Shown here: positions 29,416-40,226 of the stretch, piece by piece
Numbering within the stretch: position 1 is the first letter of the stretch
Layout of the letters: each line of letters starts with the position of its first letter
NCBI GenBank assembly: GCA_937934305.1
Contig: CALHAG010000002.1
Location: 13,263-77,262, forward strand
DNA from: Candidatus Caldarchaeum subterraneum
GTDB taxonomy: Archaea > Thermoproteota > Nitrososphaeria_A > Caldarchaeales > Caldarchaeaceae
Reading direction: 5' to 3'
DNA length: 64,000 nucleotides
Program-made: the position numbers and the translations under genes
Notes under the pieces: generated by a model
The model's input: the letters and a program-made list of their open reading frames with translations, nothing else
Database searches by the model: none
Told to the model about the DNA's origin: nothing

Positions 29416-29787
29416 TTGGGTCTTGTTTATGTCGATGCGGTGGTTAAGAAGGGTGGCAAAAGTGTCGTGTTGAGACTTCTTGTAGACTCCGGAGCAACCT
29501 ATACCGTGTTGAAAAAGGATGTCTGGACAATACTAGGACTAGAGCCGCTTGGTGAAATAGACCTCATTCTAGCCGACGGCACAACCATCACAAGGAAGGT
29601 CTCCGAAGCAATCATCGAACTACCCGGATACGGCGAACGACATACACCAGTTGTGCTCGGAGAAGAGGAGGACGAGAACCTTCTCGGAATCGTCACCCTG
29701 GAGATTTTTGGGCTGATTCTCGACCCTCTCAAGAGAACTCTGAAACCTATTAGAGCCATACTGAAGACAGAACATCATAGTGGATAG
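29416..29787 (+). CDS. Clan AA (retropepsin-like) aspartyl protease
   Basis: LLVDSGATYT, LADG, LLGIVTLEIFGL. Confidence 0.85.
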   Translation: MGLVYVDAVVKKGGKSVVLRLLVDSGATYTVLKKDVWTILGLEPLGEIDLILADGTTITRKVSEAIIELPGYGERHTPVVLGEEEDENLLGIVTLEIFGLILDPLKRTLKPIRAILKTEHHSG

Positions 29788-29881
29788 AAATGCTTAGGAT
29801 GAGGTCTTCGCGAGTGTGATGATGATGTGGCAAATTTAGGATGCTTAAATAATTGGGTTAAAAACATTGTTTTGCAGAGAG

Positions 29882-30289
29882 TTGAGGTTCTCCAGAGTTG
29901 AGGCTGAATATTGGTTTAAACAAGCTGTGGAAGATTTTAAACTTGCTGAGAAACTGTTATCAGACGGCAAGTATAACTACTCGGCTTTTCTAGCTCATCA
30001 GGCTGCTGAGAAGATTCTGAACGCTCTCATTATCGAGGTTTTGAGAGAGATTCCGCCTAGGGTTCACAACTTGTTAGAGCTGGGAGAGGCTCTGAGAAAA
30101 ACGGGAATAGACATGGCTGAGGTGGAGGATGGCCTGAAATACCTAAACCCACACTACCTCACATCACGTTACCCAGATGCTGCGAACGGCGTCCCCACCG
30201 AGGTCTACAGCAGACGCATGGCCGAGCTATGTCTACAATCTGCAAAGAGGGTTCTGGCTTGGGCAGAAAACTTACTCGAGAAGAAGTAA
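29882..30289 (+). CDS. HEPN domain protein
   Basis: WFKQAVED, FLAHQAAEK, PPRVHNL, SRYPD. Confidence 0.88.
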   Translation: MRFSRVEAEYWFKQAVEDFKLAEKLLSDGKYNYSAFLAHQAAEKILNALIIEVLREIPPRVHNLLELGEALRKTGIDMAEVEDGLKYLNPHYLTSRYPDAANGVPTEVYSRRMAELCLQSAKRVLAWAENLLEKK

Positions 30290-30714
30290 CCCAAATGGTT
30301 TCAAACTATGTTGACGCCGTCAGGGAAAACGGGTTTGACGTAGTCTCCGCCGTACTGTTCGGCTCGAGGGCGAGAGGTGTAGAACTTGTATACAGCGACG
30401 TTGACCTGCTTCTTGTGCTCAGTAACTGTTCTTACGGATTTGTTGAGAGGATTGAGGCTTTGTCAAAGTTTTGGCGGCATGAGCTCAGTTTAGAGGTTTT
30501 TCCATACACAAAAGACGAGGTGATGAGATTGTTCAAAAGAGGCTCCATAACGCTTTACGACTGTCTAGAACACGGCATAATCATCTATGATGATGGATTC
30601 TTCTCATCTCTGAGGAGGCTTTTCGCCGAGTTGGTTGGAAAAGGCGTCATCAGAAGAGGGCCAAACGGCTGGTGGATGTTTCCAGAGCCAGACACTATCC
30701 GCATCCAAGGCTAA
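30259..30714 (+). CDS. Minimal nucleotidyltransferase (MNT) antitoxin
   Basis: LFGSRARG...SDVDLL, YTKDE, LEHGIII. Confidence 0.88.
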   Translation: MGRKLTREEVTQMVSNYVDAVRENGFDVVSAVLFGSRARGVELVYSDVDLLLVLSNCSYGFVERIEALSKFWRHELSLEVFPYTKDEVMRLFKRGSITLYDCLEHGIIIYDDGFFSSLRRLFAELVGKGVIRRGPNGWWMFPEPDTIRIQG

Positions 30715-30753
30715 TGGTTATTTTCTAGAAGATGCCTCGATAAGCGGCTGAGA

Positions 30754-31620
30754 ATGATTAGGAAGGTTGTGATAACTGCGGCGGGCCTTGGAACACGGCT
30801 GCTGCCTACAACCAAGGAGATGCCGAAGGAGATGCTGCCCATATATGTCCGGGCTGGAAACGGCCAGGTCACGCTCAAACCTCTCCTACAGGCGCTGTTT
30901 GAACAGCTCTACAACTTCGGATTCAGACAATTCTGCTTCGTCGTGGGCCGCGGAAAAAGAGCCATCGAGGACCACTTCACACCCGACTGGGACTTTGTCG
31001 AGAAAATGGACAAGATGGGGAAATATTCAACGGTCTCAGAACTTGTAGCCTTCTACAAGATGCTTGAAGAATCGGTTATTGTCTGGGTGAGCCAGCATGT
31101 TCCACGGGGGTTCGGAGACGCCGTCAGAACAGCACGCCACTTCGTAGGCGACGACGACTTCCTCCTCTGCGCAGGAGACACAATCATCCTCGGAAGCAAC
31201 ACCAACTTTCTCCAGAGACTCTTGGATGCAGGACCGCGTAATGAGCTTGACGCATCTCTCCTCGTCCAAAAAGTCGAGAACCCACAGCAGTATGGTGTGG
31301 TCGTGTCAAAGCCCCTCAGCCACAACCTCCACCAAGTATCCAAAGTGGTTGAGAAACCCAAGACACCTCCCTCCAACCTCGCCATCATGCCCTTCTACAT
31401 ATTCACACCACACATCATGAAAATGTTGGACATGATATCCGAGGGTGTGGGTGGAGAGATTCAGCTCACAGACGCCATACAGAAACTCATCGACATGGGT
31501 GGGAAGGTGTTGGCTGTTGAGCTGCTGGATAACGAGCTGCGGCTGGACATAGGAACGCCTGAAACATACATGGAGGCCCTGTCGCTGTCCTACAAATACG
31601 CGAACAGTGGTGAAAAATGA
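30754..31620 (+). CDS. galU: UTP--glucose-1-phosphate uridylyltransferase
   Basis: AAGLGTRLLPTTKEMPKEMLP, KRAIEDHF, VEKP, GGEIQLTDA. Confidence 0.88.
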   Translation: MIRKVVITAAGLGTRLLPTTKEMPKEMLPIYVRAGNGQVTLKPLLQALFEQLYNFGFRQFCFVVGRGKRAIEDHFTPDWDFVEKMDKMGKYSTVSELVAFYKMLEESVIVWVSQHVPRGFGDAVRTARHFVGDDDFLLCAGDTIILGSNTNFLQRLLDAGPRNELDASLLVQKVENPQQYGVVVSKPLSHNLHQVSKVVEKPKTPPSNLAIMPFYIFTPHIMKMLDMISEGVGGEIQLTDAIQKLIDMGGKVLAVELLDNELRLDIGTPETYMEALSLSYKYANSGEK

Positions 31621-32930
31621 AGATAGCGGTTGTCGGCCTCGGATACGTGGGGTTGACAACAGCCGCTTGCCTAGCATCACGCGGATTCAAAGTAACAGGA
31701 ATAGACATAGACAGGCACAAGGTTGAGACAATCAACGAGGGGAAAACACCGTTCAAGGAGCCCGGGCTCGATAAATTATTGAAGAGAAGCAGGCTGAGAT
31801 GCAGCACCGACTACGCTGAGGCAGGGGACGCGGACTTTGTCTTCATATCGGTTGGAACACCCGCTGGGCCCGGTGGAGAGATTGACCTCTCCTATGTTGC
31901 GAGTGCTGCACATAGTTTGGGCGAGGTTTTGGCAAACAGTAAGAAACCATGCACGGTTGTGGTGAGAAGCACTGTTGTACCTGGAACAACCCGCGGGCTT
32001 GTGAAAAACGAGTTGGAGAAATCGTCGGGGAAGAAAGTTGGCGAGGATTTGTTTCTCTGCGTTAACCCCGAGTTTCTCCGCGAAGGCAACGCTGTCCACG
32101 ACACTTTCAACCCTGATAGAATAGTTATTGGCGACGACTGGGGCAGAGGTGGGAAAAACCTTCTCAGGCTCTACCGACGGTTCTATCGACGGAGAAAACC
32201 AGCCACCATATTGACGAGCACCGTCAACGCGGAGATGATAAAATACGCCAGCAACGCCTTCCTAGCGGCGCGTATAAGCCTCATCAACGAGATAGCCAAC
32301 ATCTGCAACCATATACCAGGCGCAGACATCACCGTAGTCTCCAAAGCAGTCGGCCTCGACAAGAGAATAGGGCCCTATTTCTTGAACGCTGGACTGGGAT
32401 ACGGCGGCAGCTGCTTCCCGAAAGACGTGAAAGCCTTGATAAAATATGCGGAGAATCTGGGGGAGAGGCCGCAGGTGCTCGAGGCCGTTGACAGGGTAAA
32501 CATGGGACAGCCTCTCAAAGCAGTCGAGCTCGCCGAAAAACTCCTCGGAAACCTAGATGGAAAAACAGCCGCAATCCTAGGCCTCGCCTTCAAACCCAAC
32601 ACAGACGACATCCGGGAAGCCGTCTCACTCAAAATAATCAAAACACTTCAGGAAAAAGGATGCAACATCAAGGCCTACGACCCCGCGGCCATGGAAAATG
32701 CGAAAAAAATCCTCGGAGACTCTGTGATTTACGCATCCTCGGCAGAAGACTGTCTGAGAGGTTCGGATTTCTGCATAGTTGTCACGGAGTGGGGGGAGTT
32801 TAGAAGGCTAGGGCCTGATGTTTTCCGCAAGCTGATGAGAAACCCTGTGGTGATTGATGGAAGAAGGATATACGACCCCGTGAAGTTCAGGGAGAAGCTA
32901 AAGTTTGCCGCGGTGGGCTTTGGTTCATGA
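31617..32930 (+). CDS. UDP-glucose/GDP-mannose dehydrogenase
   Basis: GLGYVG, NPEFLREG, KYASNAF, GYGGSCFPKD, GLAFKPNTDD, DGR. Confidence 0.93.
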   Translation: MKIAVVGLGYVGLTTAACLASRGFKVTGIDIDRHKVETINEGKTPFKEPGLDKLLKRSRLRCSTDYAEAGDADFVFISVGTPAGPGGEIDLSYVASAAHSLGEVLANSKKPCTVVVRSTVVPGTTRGLVKNELEKSSGKKVGEDLFLCVNPEFLREGNAVHDTFNPDRIVIGDDWGRGGKNLLRLYRRFYRRRKPATILTSTVNAEMIKYASNAFLAARISLINEIANICNHIPGADITVVSKAVGLDKRIGPYFLNAGLGYGGSCFPKDVKALIKYAENLGERPQVLEAVDRVNMGQPLKAVELAEKLLGNLDGKTAAILGLAFKPNTDDIREAVSLKIIKTLQEKGCNIKAYDPAAMENAKKILGDSVIYASSAEDCLRGSDFCIVVTEWGEFRRLGPDVFRKLMRNPVVIDGRRIYDPVKFREKLKFAAVGFGS

Positions 32931-33898
32931 GGGTTTTGATGGTTGGGCGAAAGCCTTCGATAGCCTTGGATGAGCTGAGAAAATACTGGGGAACGGTTGA
33001 GGTGGCTACAGGTTTCTTCACTCCGAGGCTGACACGCTACGACCTCGTGATAGCTCAGGAACCAACCGTCAAGATAGGGCTGCCCGCCCTTCTGCAGGCA
33101 AAGCTTTCAAACGCCCTCTTAGTCACAGAGGTGCATGGAGACTACTTGAGGGGAAATTTTCTTCCCTGGAAAGACCGGTTATTCGCATGGTTTGCTCTAA
33201 AGTCGTCGGATTTCGTGAGAGCCGTTAACAATGGCATCGCGTCATTTCTCAAATCAAGGGGATTATCTAATGTTCATGTGATTCCAGCCGTGTACATCAG
33301 GTTGGACATTTTCAAACCTTTGAAAAATCCCGATGAGAGAGGGCATGTTGTTGTAACCGCGGCGAGGCTGGTTCCTGAGAAAGGTCTGGACCTGTTGCTA
33401 AAATCTGTTCCACTTCTGCTGCGAGATTTTCGGGACTTGGAGGTTAGGATACTCGGTGATGGGCCGATGCGGGAAACCCTGCAGCGATTGGCTAGGGAGC
33501 TTGGTGTTGAGGAGGTTGTAAAGTTTCTGGGCTGGGTTTCTCTGGAGGAGCTTGTCAAACACTATAACGAGGCCGCTGTCTTTGTCTGCACATCTATCTA
33601 CGAGGGTGGCCCGAGGACAGTTTTCGAAGCAGCCGCTTGTTTAACACCCAGCGTATCAACACCAGTGGGCATAGTTCCTGAGGTGTTAAAGGAGGAGGAG
33701 AGTGTGTTGCTTGTTGAGAGAAGGGACCCAGTTCTGCTTGCGAAGAAAATAGCACTGCTTCTACATGACAGGGACAAACGCCGTCGACTCGCTGAGAAGG
33801 CTCGCGAGATTGTTCTAAGAGAGTTTGAATGGCCCAAGTCAGTTGAGAGATATGCTAGGTTTTACATCAATTTAGCTGAGAGACGTTTGCTTAAGTAG
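32927..33898 (+). CDS. Glycosyltransferase family 4
   Basis: ARLVPEKG, GDGP, YEGGPRTVFEAAA. Confidence 0.88.
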   Translation: MRVLMVGRKPSIALDELRKYWGTVEVATGFFTPRLTRYDLVIAQEPTVKIGLPALLQAKLSNALLVTEVHGDYLRGNFLPWKDRLFAWFALKSSDFVRAVNNGIASFLKSRGLSNVHVIPAVYIRLDIFKPLKNPDERGHVVVTAARLVPEKGLDLLLKSVPLLLRDFRDLEVRILGDGPMRETLQRLARELGVEEVVKFLGWVSLEELVKHYNEAAVFVCTSIYEGGPRTVFEAAACLTPSVSTPVGIVPEVLKEEESVLLVERRDPVLLAKKIALLLHDRDKRRRLAEKAREIVLREFEWPKSVERYARFYINLAERRLLK

Positions 33899-35044
33899 TT
33901 CTGCAATCTGAGGAATTACAACCTCGTGGCTGAACTCTTTCTCTATCTTTCTTCTAGCTGCCTCCCCAAGCCTTCGGGCTAGGTTTTTATCACCTAGCAA
34001 TGTAATGAGTGCATCAGCTAGTTGCTCTATGTTTTGGCGTTCAACCAACAGCCCAGTCCCACCATGAATAATTGCCTCGGGTATCCCTGAGACCTTTGTT
34101 GCAACAACAGGAGCTTCACATGCCATGGCTTCTAGGATTGCTCTAGGTATTCCCTCGCCTCCTCGGGACGGGTATGCGAAGACACTACAATTAGCCATAT
34201 AGCGGGGAACCTCTTCATTGGGGATACCGCCTATGAAAAGCACCTTACCTGCTAGCCCGAGCTCATCTGTTTTCTTTTTCAGATGTTTTACGTACAGGTT
34301 GTCGCCTGTTCCCGCTATCACTAGCTGAACGTCTTTTATGTGTTGACAGACTGTTTTGAAAGCTTCGATGAGGTCTCCGACACCTTTTCCTTCGTTGATG
34401 CGGCCAACCCAGAAAACTGTGTCTGCCCCGTTTTTTAGCAGGTTAGGGGGTGACAGTCCGGGTCTGAACCTTTGTATGTTTACCGAGTTGTGTATGATGC
34501 GTACTTTCGATGGGTCGAGTCTGGGTAAGAAGTATCTGATTTCCGGCATCATGTATCGGGAATAGACTGTTACAGCGTCTGCCGAGTATGCGGCTCTCCT
34601 GAGAATCCATCTAAAGATTGATTTCTTCAGCCCGGGTCTCTCGTAGGGTTTGCCGAAGAGCCAAGTGCCGCCAAGAGTCAAGAGCGTGCGCTTGCGTCCT
34701 AGCTTCTTCGACATCCAAAGACTCATGAGTTCAGGTGGGCTGAAGGTTCTGACATAAACTATGTCAGCATGCGTCGTCAGCGGCCCTAATGTGTAAAAGA
34801 GGGTTTTAGTTGCTCCATAGATTTTCGGTATCTTAATTTTTGGAACCTGCTGTATCGTAAGATTGCTGGGAAGATTATCGGGCAGGTATTCTACCGTGTC
34901 CGTTACTATCGTAATTTTGTCGAGATACTCCGCTAACCTGAGATATTCCTCAAAATACTGTGCGTGGAGTGAGGCTGCCTTTAGACCGCTAATACGCCCA
35001 GTAAATGTAACGACTGAGACCATGTGGACCAAATCATCTATCAT
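33872..35044 (-). CDS. Glycosyltransferase family 4
   Basis: VGRINEGKG, EGIPRAILEAMA, GIPEAI. Confidence 0.9.
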   Translation of the reverse strand: MIDDLVHMVSVVTFTGRISGLKAASLHAQYFEEYLRLAEYLDKITIVTDTVEYLPDNLPSNLTIQQVPKIKIPKIYGATKTLFYTLGPLTTHADIVYVRTFSPPELMSLWMSKKLGRKRTLLTLGGTWLFGKPYERPGLKKSIFRWILRRAAYSADAVTVYSRYMMPEIRYFLPRLDPSKVRIIHNSVNIQRFRPGLSPPNLLKNGADTVFWVGRINEGKGVGDLIEAFKTVCQHIKDVQLVIAGTGDNLYVKHLKKKTDELGLAGKVLFIGGIPNEEVPRYMANCSVFAYPSRGGEGIPRAILEAMACEAPVVATKVSGIPEAIIHGGTGLLVERQNIEQLADALITLLGDKNLARRLGEAARRKIEKEFSHEVVIPQIAELLKQTSLS

Positions 35045-35117
35045 TGAAATAGTATTTTTAGTTGTTTTGTAGCCTTTTATCTAGGAAATTGTTTGGGAGG
35101 ACTGCCGGCTATATTTT

Positions 35118-35860
35118 CTATAATCCCGCCTTTAGTGAGCTTGGCGCAAAAAGATATATTTCCCATGGCGGCGAGAATCTTCCTAGGTTGGTGTATACAT
35201 AAAGTATTGATGCAGATATATTGACTATATAGAGTAGGATTTTGATGTTTCTGAGTCCTATTTTGTTGAGTAGAGGTTTACTGCCCAGCGAAATAGAAAT
35301 TTCTTCTAATCCTAATCCTGCAACGGGCATAGTGGCGTAGTAGGTTACGACGGCTATCCTTAAGTCACAGAATGGCCATGCTGCGTATGAGGCTAGGACC
35401 GGGATTAGCAGGGCGTAGAAGTTCAGGTTTAGCTTTCTGTCTGAAGTGTTTATAAATCCAATGAGTACGGCAGCGGCGCCGAGGGGAAATGACCTAAAGC
35501 AAGGGCCTTTAGTATGTCAATCAAATCCGAGTAGAAAGGGATACTGTAGCGTGTCTGGCTGTATTCGATACCAGCCCGCAGGTAGTGTGTTATGTAATTC
35601 TCGCCAAATGCAAGTGTTGTATATGTTTGCCAGACAATGGCCGGAATTGCTAGTAGGATGGTGAATTTTATTGTTTTTCTATATTCCTTGTCTATTAATC
35701 CCAATAAGACTATAGATAAAACAACTGGTAGTGTTGATTCTTTAGCTAGAAGCCCTACCCCTGCCAAGATAGGGACGAACAGAAGTTTACGCTCGTTCCG
35801 GAATTTTAGGTAAAGCCATAGTGTTAGAAAGGCGAAGAATGTAGCTCCGGCGAACGTGCC
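35118..35860 (-). pseudogene. Frameshifted, 5'-truncated multi-pass membrane protein (GT-C/PMT-like)
   Basis: ORF 35450-36013 (GVGLLAKES motif) continues after a one-base shift at about 35483 (TTTCCCC run) as GAAAVLIGFINTSDRKLNLNFYALLIP...WPFCDLRIAV into ORF 35118-35330. Confidence 0.6.
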
Positions 35861-36031
35861 CGCATTTGTTGGCCGTTTTAGAAAACATGTTTTCGCTGTT
35901 CTAGAAATTAATAGGTTGAAGAACATGAGGCTTCCATCAAAGAGCTTACAGCCCAAGCACTGGAACAGCGGCTTGACCAACAATAGGTTCAAGCCCACTA
36001 TTATTATATGCATGCATGAGCCATTCTACTG

Positions 36032-36652
36032 TTACGTTATTTTCTTCAACGCTTCAAGCCCGAATCCGGTTTCTGGTATTATGCGTGCAACCGGTGTCCA
36101 GACATAGTCAGCTAGAAGATATAATTTGTCTATTTTTCCTCTGCCAATTACTGGCCTGAATCCATATCCTTTTACAATGTATCCACGTTCGGCAAAATCT
36201 TGAACAGTCCATCCGGACCTGTGTTGTAAGGGGCCACACCTTTCTGGTTTTGTTTGGTGCCAGCCGTTTGGCGTTGTGAGATAGACATAACCTCCTTTCC
36301 TAGTTATTCTCTCCATTTCACTTAAGAGATGGTGTCCAGCTTGTTTGCTTAGATGCTCGATGACTTCTATGCATATGGTCAAGTCTGCGAAGCCGTCGGA
36401 GAGGGGTATGGGTTCTTTCGCCGAGTCAACTTTAACCGGTTTGTAGATTTTGCTGATTTCCGACAACGTCCTTAGATAAGGCTCGTAAACATTTAATCCA
36501 ACTACCTCAACAGGTCTACCGGCAATAGCTGCCAGCATGTGGCCCGCCCAGCCAAGCCTACAGCCAACATCAACAACAACCCTCTACTCATCACCCAACT
36601 CTCGGCAAAATGAAGCAAATCTAAAGGCGACAATCCCCTCGAGAAGACCCAT
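36032..36652 (-). pseudogene. Class I SAM-dependent methyltransferase interrupted by an in-frame TAG
   Basis: ATG 36652 MGLLEG...ELGDE, TAG at 36586-36584, then RVVVDVGCRLG (motif I), EVIEHL, GGYVYLTTPN. Confidence 0.7.
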
Positions 36653-36699
36653 ATCAGCCACTTGTTTACCGCAGATGTATAAAAATTTGTTCACGTTGT

Positions 36700-38187
36700 T
36701 TATGAAAACATTCTGTTGAAAACGAGTTTTATCATGGTTTTGGCTTCGGTGTCTATGAGCATTATTGTTGCTGTGTAGGCTGCGGCTCCTGTGAGCAGTA
36801 TGGTGATTATTCGTGTTAGCTGGATGATGGCTGTGTTGCTTGGTGGGATGATGAGGTAGATGGGTGTTATGGCGGCTGTCATGAGGAGGGCGGCGATGAT
36901 GTATTTTGCGAGAGGCTTTGCGGGGAGTTGAAATTTTATTCGGCGACGCGAGAAGAGATAACCTACAGTGGTCAGAGATATGCTGAAGCCGAGGTGTGCA
37001 TAGGCCCAGAGCTGAGCGGTCTCCAGATGGGACATGGCCGCAGATTTTGCATACATCGTTGCGAACGAGAAGGCCGCTACATATGCGCTTGCGAGAACAA
37101 GGTAGAAAAGGTTGTAGCGGAAAATTCCCGACCTAAGATAATCGGCCAGAGAGACATCGCTTCTCTTATCCACTTCATCCAAGCCTCCGACAACGCTGGT
37201 GAAGAAATAGCTAAGCCCGTTTATGAAGTAGCTAATCGATAAGACAACGAGTATTGAGGAGGCCTCTGCATATGCCGGCCGGAGAAGCTGTAGAATGTCT
37301 CTTCCCAAGATTAGAGCGCCGAATAGTAGTGGGACACCGAGAAGCATAGCAAACCGGAAAACCTTCTCGATGTCTCTTGAGCCTCCTCCACCGAGTAATA
37401 CGGGGTAGAGACCCACCACGAGGTTGTTGTACATGCCGACGACAAGGGCGACGGTTAAAGCGGCTTGCCAGTAGGCGAGGGGTAGAGCGGAGCCGTAGAG
37501 TACGCCTCCGAGAAAAACATCCAACCCATACACGAACCCGCCCAGAACGGTCAGCAGAGGCACCGCGAACCCCTTCAACCATCTCAGCAAATCTCCAAAC
37601 CTAAAAGAGTCCAGAGTATTTCTCTGTAGGTAGATGAGAATGCTTGCTTGGAGAAGTTGGGCTAACGCGAGGGAGATGAAGACACCCGCGAGTCCGAGGC
37701 CGAGAAAATATACCGCGACAACCGCGAATGTGACTTTAGCCACTTCAAAGACTGCAAAGCCGTAGGCCGATGCGATGGGCTTATGGCCGTAGGACACACC
37801 CTCAGCCGTGTTCAAGAGATGTAGGATGGGGAGCTGTATCAGGCCCAGCATGACAACCCATGGTTCTCGGCCGATGGCCTCAGCTGAAAAAGCCACAACC
37901 CCGAGATAAGCTATGGATAGAATCAGTGACATAAGGACTGAGCCGGCTAACGCGGTTTTGAGAGGTTTGCCGCCTCGGCCCGCGTCCCTCCCGGCCCAGA
38001 AGCTGATAAAAGAAGCCGTTACCGCGAAATATGAGACCAGTCTACCGACGTAGGTCCATGCCCCGAAATCCTCTTCCGAAAGCCTTCTCGCGACAATCAC
38101 TGAGAAGATGAGGCCCGAGGCCAGGCTCGCCATCCTAACCACAAACGACACAAACCCTGTAAGACGGAGCCTCGGCCTCCCGGACAT
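36700..38187 (-). CDS. Oligosaccharide/polysaccharide flippase (Wzx/MOP-like)
   Basis: About 14 TM segments; IVARRLSEEDFG; located in a glycosylation cluster. Confidence 0.75.
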   Translation of the reverse strand: MSGRPRLRLTGFVSFVVRMASLASGLIFSVIVARRLSEEDFGAWTYVGRLVSYFAVTASFISFWAGRDAGRGGKPLKTALAGSVLMSLILSIAYLGVVAFSAEAIGREPWVVMLGLIQLPILHLLNTAEGVSYGHKPIASAYGFAVFEVAKVTFAVVAVYFLGLGLAGVFISLALAQLLQASILIYLQRNTLDSFRFGDLLRWLKGFAVPLLTVLGGFVYGLDVFLGGVLYGSALPLAYWQAALTVALVVGMYNNLVVGLYPVLLGGGGSRDIEKVFRFAMLLGVPLLFGALILGRDILQLLRPAYAEASSILVVLSISYFINGLSYFFTSVVGGLDEVDKRSDVSLADYLRSGIFRYNLFYLVLASAYVAAFSFATMYAKSAAMSHLETAQLWAYAHLGFSISLTTVGYLFSRRRIKFQLPAKPLAKYIIAALLMTAAITPIYLIIPPSNTAIIQLTRIITILLTGAAAYTATIMLIDTEAKTMIKLVFNRMFS

Positions 38188-38259
38188 CGGAGAACCCTTA
38201 AAAACCTATATAATAACGATGAAAACAAGCCGCCAACATTAGATGAGAGTGATGGTAGC

Positions 38260-39339
38260 TTGATGAGAGTTAGGCTGGTTACGGCTGTCTCTGCTTATCC
38301 TTTCTATAACTTTAGGTATCTTAAGCTTTTGGACGAGTTTGCGAGGGTTTTTGATGTTTATTGTTTCGCGGGCAGGGCTTTGGGGAGAAGGGTTAGGCGA
38401 GCTGGTTTTAGGCTGGTGCATGTTTATCCCTTCACGGTTCCTCATAGAATCAGCTACGTTGTCGGCCCATACGTGGCCCAGTTTTTCATGAATGTTATTC
38501 GGGCGGATGTTGTTTGGGTGTTCGACACGGCAACGGCTTTGGCTCCCAACTTTTTACGGTCTCCTGCTGTGCTTGACGTAGAGGACCCGAAGGTTGTTCT
38601 TCCACCGGATGAGCTGGCTAAGCAGTCGAGGCTGTCTTTCGTTCATGAGATGAGGATGCTGAGGGATAAGCGGTTTAGGAAAATAGTTGTAACTACGGAG
38701 ATGATTCGACGAAAGTTTGTTAGTCTCGGGGTTGATAAAGAGAGAATAGAGGTTATTCCATACGGTGTTGATACAGAGTTGTTCAAGCCCTCTCCCCTGC
38801 CCGACGAGCCGGTGGTGCTATACTATGGCACGTTTCAGCCCCATCGGGCACAACTCCTCGTCAAGGTCGTGGAAAAGGTGGCGTCTATGCGGAGTGATAT
38901 AAGGTTTCTGCTGGTGGGGGATGTGCCACAGCCCGTAGCGACCATGTTGAAAAAGGTTGCTGGTGATAGGGTTGAGATGCCCGGTTTTGTTCCACATGAC
39001 GAGCTTCCAAAATGGATTCAGAAATCAAGAATATGTATCTTGACACAGGACAGGTCTTTAGGCGGGAGACTCTCTTTCAAACTACTTGAATACATGGCCT
39101 CTGGAAGGCCTGTGGTCTCAACCGACGTCGACGAATCTTTTCCAGTTCGGGATTCGGGCGCGGGAATAGTAACCCCCATAGACGCCGACGCTATGGCTAA
39201 CGCCATAATCCAATTAATAGATGACGATGCATTGGCTAAGCAGATGGCTGAAAGAGGCGTCAACTACGCAAAACAGTTTGACTGGCGCATGATGGTTGAC
39301 AAATACGTCAACCTAATCAAACAAGTAGCCCAGACGTAG
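38260..39339 (+). CDS. Glycosyltransferase family 4
   Basis: IPYGVDTELF, FKLLEYMASGRPVVST. Confidence 0.88.
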   Translation: MMRVRLVTAVSAYPFYNFRYLKLLDEFARVFDVYCFAGRALGRRVRRAGFRLVHVYPFTVPHRISYVVGPYVAQFFMNVIRADVVWVFDTATALAPNFLRSPAVLDVEDPKVVLPPDELAKQSRLSFVHEMRMLRDKRFRKIVVTTEMIRRKFVSLGVDKERIEVIPYGVDTELFKPSPLPDEPVVLYYGTFQPHRAQLLVKVVEKVASMRSDIRFLLVGDVPQPVATMLKKVAGDRVEMPGFVPHDELPKWIQKSRICILTQDRSLGGRLSFKLLEYMASGRPVVSTDVDESFPVRDSGAGIVTPIDADAMANAIIQLIDDDALAKQMAERGVNYAKQFDWRMMVDKYVNLIKQVAQT

Positions 39340-39344
39340 AGTGC

Positions 39345-40226
39345 TCAAAATTCCCATAGAACTTTTACAATTCGCCGCGAAGCGCCCGAACCCGTCTGAG
39401 TAGCCTTTTCACGGAGAATTTTGCCCAAGCCCATCTTTTCCCTTAATTTATCCAGTGAGCTGTAGGCGTCGAACTCTCCAGTATCATGAAAATCTACTGC
39501 CAGCTTCTTCACCCCTAAACTGGGGAGCAGAGAGAGTTCATCGATAACGTAGTGCTCACATCCTTCACAGTTTAGCTTAACCACTTCAGGCCTGTATCTG
39601 TTAACTAAATCCAGTAAACCAACTACCGGCACTTGAAGCTTATCGCCAGCACCAGCCCCAAACTCAAGTCCGTATCCCATAGAGCCATATTGTGAAGGAA
39701 GATCCGGAACAGCAGTACCTATAGACGCGTTTAAACATTCAACAGGAAGGCCCCTGACGTTAAGCTCGAGAAACCTAAAGTGGAATTGGACAGGTTCTAC
39801 TGCGATGACCTTTCTGGCATTTTTATGAATCCATAGAAGCGGGGTATCCCCAAGATAAGCCCCTACGTCAAGCACAACCATCCCCTCAACATCAAAATTA
39901 TAGAATTGGTGAAATGCAGAAGGCGGCGCCACTCCCTCAGCCCTAAGAGGAATAGTAAAATCTCTACCGAAATAATTCGGTATAACAAGGGCGTCGGACC
40001 CGAACTTGACAAGGGGAAGCACTTCACCATAATGTCGCCAACTGTTCTCGAGTCTAACAAGCTGTTTCAAAAGAGACCGCCCACTACACACAATTTCACC
40101 TCCTCCCCTTGAAACAAACCTGCCATCCATCCTAAGCAAAGCCCTAAACATAAGAGAAACCCAGTTAACCACATGCTTCCGAGCAACATGAAAAGCAAAC
40201 AAGTAACTTCTAAGCCTGTTCGTCAT
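39345..40226 (-). CDS. FkbM-family methyltransferase
   Basis: VLDVGAYLGD, VIAVEP, VKLNCEGCE. Confidence 0.78.
   Translation of the reverse strand: MTNRLRSYLFAFHVARKHVVNWVSLMFRALLRMDGRFVSRGGGEIVCSGRSLLKQLVRLENSWRHYGEVLPLVKFGSDALVIPNYFGRDFTIPLRAEGVAPPSAFHQFYNFDVEGMVVLDVGAYLGDTPLLWIHKNARKVIAVEPVQFHFRFLELNVRGLPVECLNASIGTAVPDLPSQYGSMGYGLEFGAGAGDKLQVPVVGLLDLVNRYRPEVVKLNCEGCEHYVIDELSLLPSLGVKKLAVDFHDTGEFDAYSSLDKLREKMGLGKILREKATQTGSGASRRIVKVLWEF

Noticed and set aside
29800-29830. GTGATGATGATG as a C/D box sRNA
   Set aside because: No properly spaced D box (CTGA) or terminal stem was found.
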